NCBI GenBank assembly: GCA_051294375.1
Contig: CM119268.1
Span: 12,021,225-12,085,224, forward strand
Source: Paraspadella gotoi
Taxonomy: Eukaryota > Animalia > Chaetognatha
Length of the DNA stretch: 64,000 bases
Direction of reading: 5' to 3'
This document shows positions 10,019-21,026 of this stretch, piece by piece. The notes under the pieces are model-generated. The model saw only the letters and a program-made list of their open reading frames with translations. It was not told the DNA's origin and did no database searches. The position numbers were made by a program, and so were the translations under genes. Position 1 is the first letter of the stretch. The number at the start of each line of letters is the position of its first letter.

Positions 10019-13000
10019 CTGAGGGGAACGAATCGATTCTTAATGTTATTTGCATATAGCAGCATCCTGAATTCCTGTTAGTTTCTTAAAAGCTTTCCAC
10101 TCTTTTATAGATTGTTCATAGAGTGATAGGGTGTAGAGAGGAGAACATGAAATATAGATTGACGTTATTGGAGGATAATTATTGAAAAATAAAATCGGTC
10201 TCCGCTTTTAATTAACTGTTTTGGCGGGCATATAATAGTCATTTTGTAATGTATATATAATCAGAAAAAGTTAAGATAATTTTAAAATTGACTTTCAATT
10301 TCGAATTTCTGATTAAAACTTAACAAACTCTGACAGATCTGGCTTAATTTCGGAACCTTCAGCCAGTAAAAAAATGATTTGGCATATAGCATTCAATCTG
10401 ACATAGTTTTATCACATTCAGAATTTTAAAAGAATTTAAAGGTTTTCCGATCTACAGCATTAAAAAAAGTATGAAAAACATATCCTCTTGCAATATAAAT
10501 CTGTGCTAAACATGTAGTCGGGCATTGCCTAGGTTTACCACGCCTATAAGCATGACACCTTCAGTCCTGACCCGGTGGCTCATTGAGTAAAAGCCATCAG
10601 CTCATGACCACTAGGTACCGGGTTCAATGCCAACCCGGTACCTACCCTGCGGAAAGCGTGAGGACGGCCGTAAGCCGCCTTTGGGGCGTGGCAACCCCTC
10701 AAGCCTGGTTCCAAGCCCGGGACCCGTTCCATGGCTACTAAAGGGGGTTATAGAAGTTACGGATAGTCATCTTCAGCCCACTTAGCGCCTTATCCACAAA
10801 CATGCTATTTGCTTAAATTTTTAGTTATTTTTTTAATAGCTATCATGTTCAATTATATTACAATTGTTTGAAACCTGGAACGGAATGCTAGCATGTACAT
10901 AGATTGAAGCCAAGGTATTTGGTTAAAACCGATTGTTGAAGCACTTTACTCTTTGCCAGATTCTATAGAGTCGGTTAGTTGGTCAGCTGATCGGATTGTC
11001 TATTTGAAATTACTGCTTAATACATTTTTGATTTACTCGTTACTTTTTGACTTCCATATGTAAAACCGATTATTTTTTTCGTATAATAACAAAATATAGC
11101 TAAAAATATAGCTACCAATTTACCAATCGCCTCAGCACGTTGTCCGTGAGATGAGCCTCCCCGAAAGGCTCGATGTTCGCCGAGAGAAACTGAAAGACGG
11201 CTAGAGAGAGTTGGGGCGACAGTGCGGACTTCCCGCTGTCTTCCCCTTCCTCCGGATTGACGAAGGCCTCGAAGTCCGGCGACTCGGGCATCTCCCTCAA
11301 GATTCGCTTCTTGTTGTCGATGATGACGTCCGTCTCGTCGACGATCTCCGCTTGGATGATTTCCTCGATGATGTCTTCAAGGGTGACGAGACCCAGCACC
11401 TCGTAGAAAGGATCACCGCTGCCGGAGTTGTTGACCGTCTCGACCAAGGCCATGTGGCACTGACCCTTGCGGAACTCGTTAAGCATCTCGTCCAGCTTGG
11501 TGTCTTCTTGGACGGTAAGGATGGCGTGCTGGTAGAAGTTGCAGAGGGTCTTCAACGGGATGGCGTCGTCCGGATCGACGAAGGCCAAGTCCCGGATGTT
11601 GAGGAGGCCGACGATGTTGGTGACGGGGCCGAGGTGTACCGGGATCCGGGTGTAGCCCTTCTTCATGATCTCAGACATGGTGGCGAAGTCAAGCGTGGTT
11701 TCCATGGAGACCGAGTAGACGTCGTCGATCGGCGTCATGACCTCCTTGACGGTCTTTTCGGTGAGAGAGAGCGCGCCGGAGATCATCTTCATCTCATCCT
11801 TCTTGAGGTCGTGGTGGGAGGCGGTCACCTTGGAGGAGATAAGGTGGTTAAAGATGATATCAGACACGAGATGGACGGAAATGTTAAAAAAATGATGATG
11901 CGCGTCCAGGGGGAACAACAACAATAACAACAAAATGATCAAATAATATCACAGCTTATCAACAATACTCAACAATGATGAAAGATGATCAAAAATAATG
12001 AACCAATGACCAAAGATGATTATAAACGTTCCTCAGCCATCTTTTTTTTCGAAAATCAGAAAATAACTCACTTTGAGCAGTTCCCTTAGTCTGTGTCGGT
12101 TGTACACGCTGCCGATTTCTTCCCCAAGCACGCAGTCCAGCAAGATGGACACGGGGAAGCTGATGGGGAAAGTGATCAACATGAAGAACTTCATGATCCA
12201 GATTGTCCCAGCGCCGACGGCAAGACCGTGACGAGAGCAAACGGCCTGGAGAAAAACCGAGTTATAACTGAAACTGAAAACCAGGGACGCAAAGAGACTG
12301 AGAGAGAGAGAATAAAATGGTGAAAGCATCACATCCTTCTCTCTTTATGCCTGCGGAATGATCTCTCCGAAGATGACGATGCCGAGTGTGGAGCCGACAA
12401 TGGCGATGATCCCGCCGCCTCCGGTCAATTCGTCCATGAGGATGGTGAGGGTGCTGTTGACGAGCACGTTGGAGAGCAGCACCGTGCAGAGCAGATAGTT
12501 TCCCTTGTTGCGGATGGGTTGGATCTTCTTGGCGTATCCCTTTTCCTTTTCCGTCCCGCAGTTGATGATGATTTGGAGTTCCGTCTTGTCGAGGGACATG
12601 AGGCCGAGATTGAGGCCGGAGAACATGCCAGACATGAAAAGGAGGATGATGAGGAAGAAGACCTAAAGGTGGGTGGGTTGATTGGTTATTTAAATATTTA
12701 AATACGCATCTATTTTCTCTTACTGATTAATTATTTTATTGATTGATCGATAGATTGGTTTGATTAATGAATTGAGATACTGAATGAATTAGATTAATTC
12801 ATTGGTTGATTTTTTTGACTGATATAATTAATCAATTGATTGCTCTAGTTTCTTTTTGTCGATAGATAATTTCTTAATTTAATTATTGATACGGTTATTA
12901 GATTTATTGATTGATTTATTGATTGCTTGATTTATCGATCGATCGATACATTTCTTTCACCTGCAACCCAAATGGCAGCGAGTATCTCTTCCTCGTTCTC

Positions 13001-13749
13001 ATCACAAGATTCTCTTCTTTCCCCTGATGATCGAGACGCGACGAATCGTTTCTTCCGACGCAGATATAGAAATCTGTTCCGGTGTCAAAGTCGAGGAGAA
13101 CCTCGAAGGTCGCCCACAGCCCCTTGGGGTCCACCTCCTCGGCCGGGAAGGCTTTGGACTCGATCAGGTGGGTGCAACTGAGGGCGAAGAGGGACACCGA
13201 CAGGGAAGGTGTGGCTTAAAAGGAAATCTCTAGTAGGAGGAAGACGACGACGACGACGATGAGGAAATTGACAAAAATTATTAACGACCGCCTTAACTAC
13301 GAAGATGATGACATTAGTGTCACCTAAGATGGCAAGACGATCAGCAATCTTAGCTAACTGTCGGCCATCGTAATGACAAAATTAGCGTCATCTTAAATGA
13401 AGACGACAACGACGATTAAATGGACGAAGACGTCTGACACGGTCATTTTGATGATCGTTTTGTCGGCTAAATCATAATCAACTTTGAAGAAAACGACGAC
13501 GAAAACGATAATAACAGCAACAAAAACTTGATCCAACCTTCCGTCGATGGGATCGGCTCGATCGAACTTGACGACATTGTCGGGGACGAATCCAGTTCCG
13601 TAGAGTTTGATCTTCGCGGATTCGTCGTAGAGAATCACCATCCGTCCGTCGCTGTAGGTGACTTCGTGGTTGCCAGGCGCCCCGCCCACGCCCGTCGCGC
13701 GGGCGAAGGTGTCGTTGGAGGCGGAGCGGCGGAAGCGAGGGGAGTGGAG

Positions 13750-13785
<36 letters not shown>

Positions 13786-13884
13786 AGAGGAGAGGAGAAG
13801 GTGCGAGAGGACGATGGAGGAAACTATGACGAAACGATTCAAAGGGGAAGAGAGAAAGGACATTCTCTCCCCACGAGATTCCAT
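9305..13884 (-). CDS. CNNM: CNNM/ACDP-family metal (Mg2+) transporter, CNNM2/4- or Drosophila uex-like. join(13538-13884, 12961-13177, 12351-12662, 12072-12245, 11124-11828, 9305-10018), 2469 nt, 822 aa
   Basis: Six exons join in frame with matching phases. Motifs: DUF21 ([30 protein letters not shown]), CBS pair ([35 protein letters not shown]), CNBH domain ([15 protein letters not shown]), N-terminal hydrophobic signal-like segment. The start may instead be the second Met (13863), and small extra exons cannot be excluded. Confidence 0.95.
10568..10765 (+). mobile_element. tRNA-derived SINE-like element in CNNM intron 5, antisense to the gene
   Basis: GC-rich island in an AT-rich intron; Pol III A-box-like TGGCTCATTGAG (10576-10587) and B-box GGTTCAATGCC (10621-10631); flanked by an imperfect direct repeat GACACCTTCAGTCC (10554-10567) / GTCATCTTCAGCCC (10766-10779), 11/14 identical. 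Confidence 0.7.
10649..10727 (+). ncRNA. Twister ribozyme-like motif, circularly permuted (type P5), possibly decayed
   Basis: AAA-GCGT-GA-GGA-CGGCCG-TAA-GCC-GC-[P3 hairpin]-CCTGG-TTCCAAGC-CCGGG-A. L4 TCC is complementary to GGA (T1), GC/GC gives T2; P2 is imperfect. Confidence 0.62.
11124..11828 (-). CDS. CNNM: CNNM coding exon 5 (CBS pair)
   Basis: Acceptor ctccaag|VTASHHDL...; CBS motifs; donor TTG|GTAAAT. Confidence 0.95.
12072..12245 (-). CDS. CNNM: CNNM coding exon 4 (end of DUF21)
   Basis: Acceptor tttctccag|[12 protein letters not shown]...RLRELLK; donor |GTGAGT. Confidence 0.93.
12351..12662 (-). CDS. CNNM: CNNM coding exon 3 (DUF21 transmembrane domain)
   Basis: Acceptor cctttag|[20 protein letters not shown]...FGEIIPQ; donor is GC (CAG|GCATAA). 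Confidence 0.93.
12961..13177 (-). CDS. CNNM: CNNM coding exon 2 (extracellular domain to juxtamembrane)
   Basis: Acceptor ccctcag|, donor CAG|GTGAAA; FYICV...HQG...LPFGLQ pattern typical of CNNMs. Confidence 0.88.
13538..13884 (-). CDS. CNNM: CNNM coding exon 1 (signal-like peptide, poly-Ser, start of extracellular domain)
   Basis: ATG at 13884; RFRRS furin-like site; KIKLYGTGF; donor AG|GTTGGA in phase 2 joins exon 2 as PIDGS-CTHL. Confidence 0.75.
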
Positions 13885-15565
13885 GGCGGAAAACAAATTC
13901 GGGCGAGGGGATTTTTTATTTATTTTTTATTTATTTAATAGGCTTTCCGCTTTCAGAAAACGAAGAAATTAGTTCTCAAAATCATTTTTAACTTTTTTTT
14001 TCCGCGCTCCCTTTTTCGAAGTTTTTTTTGTTTGAAAACTCTTGAAAAAAAATCAACCCGTCCTTAGGTCTTCGACCCGTTGAAGTTCCAAGGAATATTT
14101 CTTCAGTTATATTTGAGTTTTTCTTTCTTTTTTTTCGCGATTTTTCTTCAGTCGTCGAACTGCTTTCATAATTTTTTTTCTTTTTTTTTCTTTTTTAGGA
14201 TCCGTCTTGAAATCTTAAGGAACCAGTTTCGAGAAAAATGACGGTCACGGGTTTATGCTTCGGTGGAATCAAATTCTGGTCATCGTTGACGCTTTGTAAG
14301 TAACATGTGGGTTTAAATTGTTGCTATGTGACAGCTTTACGGTTTAATTCAAACTTCATTTGTCGATTATAAGAGATGAAAACAATTTTAAGGTGACCTG
14401 AGAGCAGAAAATAATATTGTGCCTTTTTAATCGATTTAACAAAAGTGCATTTTTTTNNNNNNNNNNNNNNNNNNNNNNNNNNNNNNNNNNNNNNNNNNNN
14501 NNNNNNNNNNNNNNNNNNNNNNNNNNNNNNNNNNNNNNNNNNNNNNNNNNNNNNNNNNNNNNNNNNNNNNNNNNNNNNNNNNNNNNNNNNNNNNNNNNNN
14601 NNNNNNNNNNNNNNNNNNNNNNNNNNNNNNNNNNNNNGAGAGAGAGAGAGAGTAAGCGAAGACTTTCGGCAGACGAAAACCTGTTCTTTAACGTGTCATC
14701 GATCATTGAGTGGGAAAACTCGTCATGTCGTTTGACATGGAAAGACGAGAGTGAAAAACGATGACTGAAAAATAGGAAGCGAAGAATTTCTTTCGTCGTC
14801 GGCCAAGTATGTCGTGGCATGTCGTTTAACATGAAAAGGCCATCGAAAGAAGGAGAAAGATATCCTCACGACTTGTCATCCTGATTCTAAAGAGAAAGNN
14901 NNNNNNNNNNNNNNNNNNNNNNNNNNNNNNNNNNNNNNNNNNNNNNNNNNNNNNNNNNNNNNNNNNNNNNNNNNNNNNNNNNNNNNNNNNNNNNNNNNNN
15001 NNNNNNNNNNNNNNNNNNNNNNNNNNNNNNNNNNNNNNNNNNNNNNNNNNNNNNNNNNNNNNNNNNNNNNNNNNNNNNNNNNNNNNNNNNNNNNNNNNNN
15101 NNNNNNNNNNNNNNNAGCGAATGAGATCAAGGGTCGAGTAGAACAAAATACGACCGCTGATTCCAATATTTCTTGCTAAATCGTGAAAAACAAAAGAACA
15201 GTCCATAATAGAAATATTACACAATGAATTTTGTAAAGCGAGAGGCTCACGAAAAAAATGTTAAAATATTCTCCAGATTTTTTTTTTATAAATAAATTAA
15301 GATCTAGTAAAGGGCAAAAGGTAAATATTACCTTTCAACATATGTACTCCACTTTATTTACCAGCAAATTAGGCCAAAAAAAAAAAAATTCANNNNNNNN
15401 NNNNNNNNNNNNNNNNNGAAACAAAATATAAAACGGAAATGTTCACCAAATCCATAAGTCAAAAACAGGGGGTCTACAGAAGAAATTTAAAAAAAAAAAT
15501 CCCTGTTTACAGGCGATACCAAATTAAAAATTTTAAATATCAAGAGAATAACGGACTAATCAACT

Positions 15566-18500
15566 TCATATGAGTTTAGAATAAGTTGTTGTTTCCGCGA
15601 ATTGTGGTTCTCGGCCGCGTCGGCTCTTCTACTGTCCACCATCACTTTCGGGACATCTCCATTGCATCGCCACCACCACCACCACCACCCACCGCCCCAC
15701 CACCCTTCCCACTATCTACGCCTCCACTTCCCACCTCCTCCGCCCTTCGTCTTCTCCACTCCTCGCTGCAAGGCGTCCCCCCCCAATTCCCGCCTCAGCT
15801 CGGACGCCTCTTCGCGCCAAGTAGTGCGACCTCGTAACTTCAAAGATCCTCTCGGCACTGCACATTTTCACCGTAAAAGTCGGGCACCGTAGGGCGCCCG
15901 ATGGACGGCACGGCCCGACGGAGGAACTTGGGCGTGGCGGAGACTGAGAGACGCCCGGAGGCGCCGTCACTGCGACGGCGTAAATCGTCGCGTCTTCGTC
16001 GTCGTCCCTGAAAGCGGGATTGGCGAATCCGCCTCCGGACTCCTCCCCTCCGTCCGCTCGTCCTCTTTCGAACGCCCTCACCTCAGCCTCTCGGCCTCAA
16101 CCACTTCCGACAAGGCCTGCGCCGCGAAGTTTAGTTGGAGCGCCCGACTCTACTCGAGCGTTGTCCTTTCGACGGAGACTTGGACGCGCCCTTCGAGACG
16201 AGGCAGAAAAAGTCGGCGGCGGCGACCGGCTTCGTAGAGGGTCACCGGTTTGCTGTCTTGTGAGGAAGGCGAACCACGAGTTCATTCTTTTTTACCTGAG
16301 GGAACGAATCGATTCTTAATGTTATTTGCATATAGCAGCATCCTGAATTCCTGTAGTTTCTTAAAAGCCTTTCCACTCTTTTATAGATTGTTCATAGAGT
16401 GATGATAGGGATGTAGAGAGGAAGAACATGAAATATAATTGACGTTATGGAGGATTAATTATTGAAAAAATAAAATCGGTCTCCGCTTTTTAATAACTGT
16501 TTTGGCGGGCATATAATTAGTTCATTTTGTAGTAATGTATATATAATCAGAAAAAGTTTAAGATTAATTTTAAAAATTTTACTTTCAATTTCGGAATTTC
16601 TGATTAAAACTTAACCAAAACTCTGAACACGATCTGCTTAAATTTCGGAACCTCAGCCAGTAAGAAAAAATGATTGGCATTATTAGCATTCCAATCTGAC
16701 ATAGTTTTCAACATTCAGAATTTTAAAAGAATTTAAAGGTTTTTCCGACTACAGCATTAAAATAAAAAAGTATGGAAAAAACATATCCTCTTGCAATATA
16801 AATCTGTTGCTGCTAAACATGTAGTCGCGGCATTGCCTAGGTTTACCACGGCCTATAAGCATGACACCTTCAGTCCCTGACCCGGTGGCTCATTGAGTAA
16901 AAGCCATCAGCTCATGACCACTAGTACCGGGTTCAATGCCAACCCGGTACCTTACCCTGGCGAAAAGCGTGAGGACGGCCGTAAGCCGCCTTGGGCCGTG
17001 GGCACCCCTCAAGCCTGGTTCCAAGCCCAGGACCCGTTCCATGGCTACTAAAGGGGGCTTATAGAAGTTACGGGATAAGTCATCTTCAGCTCACTTAGGC
17101 GCCTACCACAACATGCTATTTGGCTTAATAATTTTAGTTATTTTTTTAATAGCTATCATGTTCAATTATATTACAATTGTTTTGGAAACCTGGAACGGAA
17201 TGGCTAGCCATGTACATAGATTGAAGCCAAGGTATTGTGGTAAAACGATTGTTTGAAGCACTTTACTCTTCTGCCAGATTCTATAGAAGTCGGTTAGTTG
17301 GTCAGCTGATGGATTGTCTATTTGAAATTTACCTGCTTAATACATTTTATTACTCGTTACTTTTTGACTTCCATATGTAAACGATTATTTTTTTCGTATA
17401 AATAACAAAATATAGCTAAAAATATTAGCGTACCAATTTACCAATCGCCTCAGCACGTTGTCCGTGAGATGAGCCTCCCCGAAAGGCTCGATGTCGCCGA
17501 GAGAAACTTGAAAGGACGGCTAGAGAGGATTGGGGCGACACTGTGGCGGACTTCCCGCTGTCTCCCGCTTCCTCCGGATTGACGAAGGCCTCGAAGTCCG
17601 GCGACTCGGGCATCTCCCTCAAGATTCGCTTCTTGTTGTCGATGAGACGTCCGTCTCGTCGACGATCCTCCGCTTAGATGATTTCCTCGATGATCTTCAA
17701 GGGTGACGGAGACCCAGCACCTCGTAGAAAGGATCACCGCTGCCGGAGTCTGTGGACCGTCTCGACCAAGGCCATGTGGCACTGACCCTTGCGGAAACTC
17801 GTTAAGCATCTCGTCCGCAGCCTTGGTGTCTTCTGGACGGTAAGGATGGCGTCGCTGGTTAGAAGTTTGCAGAGGGTCTCAAACGGGATTGCGTCGTCCG
17901 GCGATCGACGAAGGCAAGTCACCGGATTGTTGAGGGCGACGATGTTGGTGACGGGGCCGAGGGTGACCGGGATCGGGTGTTTGTAGCCCTTTCTTCATGA
18001 TCTCAGACATGGTGGCGAAGTCAAGCTGTGGTTTCATGGACCGAGTTAGGACCGTCGTCCATCGGCGTCCATGACCTCCTTGACGGTCTTTTCGGTGAGG
18101 AGAGAGCGCGCCCGAGAGATCATCTTCATCTCATCCTTCTTGAGGTCGTTGGTGGGAGGCGTCACCTTGGAGGCAATAAGGTGTTAAAGATTGATATCAG
18201 ACACGAGATGGACGGAAAGTTAAAAAAATGATGATGCGCGCCAGGGGGAACAACAACAAATAACAACAAAACATGATCAAATAATATCACAGCTTTATCA
18301 ACAATATCAACAATGATGAAAGATGATCAAAAATTAATGAACCAATGGACCAAAGATGATTATAAACGTTCCTCAGCCATCTTTTTTTTCGAAATCCAGG
18401 AAAATAACTCACTTTGAGCAGTTCCCTTTAGTCGTGTCGGTTTACACGCTGCCGATTTCTTCCCAACACGCAGTTCCAGCAAGATGGGACCACGGGGAAG

Positions 18501-20285
18501 CTGATGTGGGAAGTGGCATCACATGAAGAAACTTCATGATCCAGATTGTCCCAGCGCCGACGCAAGCCGTGACGAGAAGCAAACGGCCTGGAAGGAAAAA
18601 ACCGAGTATAACTGAAACTGGAAACCAGGGACGCAAAAGGCAGACTGAGAGAGAGAGAATAAAATGGTGAAAGCATCACATCCTTTCTCTCTTTATGCTG
18701 GTGCGGAATGATCTCTCCGAAGATGACGATCCGAGTGTGAGCGACAATGGCGATGATCCCGCCGCCCTCCGCGTCAATTCGTCCATGAGGGATGTGTGAG
18801 GGTGCTGTGACGAGCACTGTTGGAGAGCAGCACCGTGCAGAGCAGTAGTTTCCCTTGTTGCGGATGGGTTGGATCTTCTTGGCGTATCCCTTTTCCTTCC
18901 GTCCCGCAGTTGATGATTGATTTGGGAGGTTCCGTCTTGTCGAGGGACATGAGGCCGAGATTGAGGCCGGAGAACATGCCAGACATTGAAAAGGAGGATG
19001 ATGAGGAAGAAGACCTAAAGGTGGGTGGGTTGATTGGTTTATTTAAATATTTAAATACGCATCTATTTTTTCTTACTGATTAATTAGTTTATTGATGATC
19101 GATAGATTGGTCTTGCATTTAATGAATTGAGATACTGCAACTGAATTAGATTTAATTCATTGGTTGATTTTTTGACCTGTAATAATTAATAATTGATTGC
19201 TCTAGTTTTCTTTTGTCGATAGATAATTTCTTAATTTAATTATTGCATACGGTTTATTAGATTTATTGATTGATTTATTGATTTGCTTGATTATCGATCG
19301 GGATCGATACATTTCTTCACTTGCCAACCCAAAATGCAGCGAGTATCTCTTCCTTTCGTTCTCATCACAAGATTCTCTTCTATTCCCCTGATGATCGAGA
19401 CGCGACGAATCGTTTCTTCCGACCGCAGATTATAGAAATCTGCTTCCGGTGTCAAAAGTCGAGGAGAACCTCGAAGTCGCCCACAGCCCCTTGGGGTCCA
19501 CCCTCCTTCGCGCCGGGAAAGCTTTGGACTCGATCAGTGGGTCAACTGAGGGCGAAGAGGGACACCGACAGGGAAGGTGTGCTTAAAAGGAAATCTCTAG
19601 TAGAGGAAGACGACGACGACGACGATTAGGAAATTGACAAAAATTCATTAACGACCCGCCCTTAACTTACGAAGGATGATGACATTAGTGATCACCTAAG
19701 ATGGCAAGGACGATCAGCAATCTTACGCTGAACTGTCGGGGCCATCGTAATGGACAAAATTAAGCGTCATCTTAAATGAGACGACAACGCGACGTTAAAT
19801 GGACGAAGACGTCTGACACGGTTCATTTTGACTGATCGTTTGTCGGCTAAATCATAATCCAACCTTTGAAGACGATCTCTCGAACGAAAAACGATAATAA
19901 ATAGCAACCAAAAAACTTGACCCAACCTTCCGTCGATGGGAGTGCGGCTCGATGCGGAACTTTGACGGGACATGTCGGGACGAAATCCAGTTCCGTATAG
20001 AGTGTTTGATCTTCGCGATTCGTCGTAGAGAGATCACCATCCGTCCGTCGCTGTAGTGACCTTCCGTGGTTGCCAGGCGCCCCGCCCCACGCCCGTCGCG
20101 CGGGCAAGGTGTCGTTGGAGGCGCGAGCGGCGGAAAGCGAGGGAGTGGAGAGAGGAAGAGAAGGAGAGGAAGAGGAGGAAGAGAAGAGGAGAGGAGAAGT
20201 TGCGACGGAGGACGATGGAGGAAACTTATGACGAAACGATTCAAAGGGGAGAGAAGAAAGGACATTCTCTCCCCACGAATTCCAT
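15566..20285 (-). pseudogene. CNNM: Second, frameshift-riddled CNNM copy; probably an uncorrected long-read assembly duplicate rather than a true pseudogene
   Basis: Colinear with 9305-13884 including introns; differences are mostly 1-2 nt indels spread evenly over exons and introns. Confidence 0.8.
16878..17078 (+). mobile_element. Duplicate copy of the SINE/twister-like element
   Basis: Same A/B boxes and GAGGACGGCCGTAAGCCGC...CCTGGTTCCAAGCCCAGGA core inside the duplicated block. Confidence 0.65.
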
Positions 20286-20921
20286 GGCCGGAAAAACAAA
20301 TTCGGGCGAGGGGGATTTTTTATTTATTTGTTTATTTGATTAATAGGCTTTTCCGCTTTCAGAAAAGAAAGAAATTAGTTCTCAAAATCATTTTTAACTT
20401 TTCTTTTTTCCGCGCTCCCTTTTTTCAAGTTTATTTTGTTTGAAAACTCTTGAAAAAAAAATCAACCCCGTTCCTTAGGTCTTCGCACCCGTTGAAGTTC
20501 CAAGGAATATTTCTTCAGTTATATTGATGTTTTTCTTTCTTTTTTTTCGCGATTTTTCTTCAGTCGGTCGAACTGCTTTCATAATTTTTTTTCTTTTTTT
20601 TTTCTTTTTTAGGGGATCCGTCTTAAAATTTAAGCAACCAGTTTCGAGAAAACCATCATCACGGGTTTATGCTTCGGTGGAATCAATTCTGGTCATCGTT
20701 TGACGCTTATTTGTAAAAGTAACATTGTGGGTTTTAAATTGTTGCTATTGACAGCTTTACGTTTTAATTCAAAACTCATTTGTCGATTATAAAAGAGATG
20801 AAAACAATTAAGGTTACCTGAGAGCAGAAAATATAATTGTGCCTTTTTTAATATCGACTTTAAACAAAAGTGCCATTTTTTTTCTACCATTAATTTTCCC
20901 TTTCGTTGCGAACCGTAAAGC

Positions 20922-20957
<36 letters not shown>

Positions 20958-20991
20958 TGAGAGAGAGAGAGAGAGAGAGAGCAGATGAGAT

Positions 20992-21026
<35 letters not shown>

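Noticed and set aside
10568-10644. Functional tRNA gene
   Set aside because: No acceptor stem, no proper anticodon arm and no oligo-T terminator; fits a SINE head.
11211-11927. 238-aa plus-strand ORF (also 9185-9673 and 9695-10081)
   Set aside because: Antisense shadows of GC3-rich CNNM exons.
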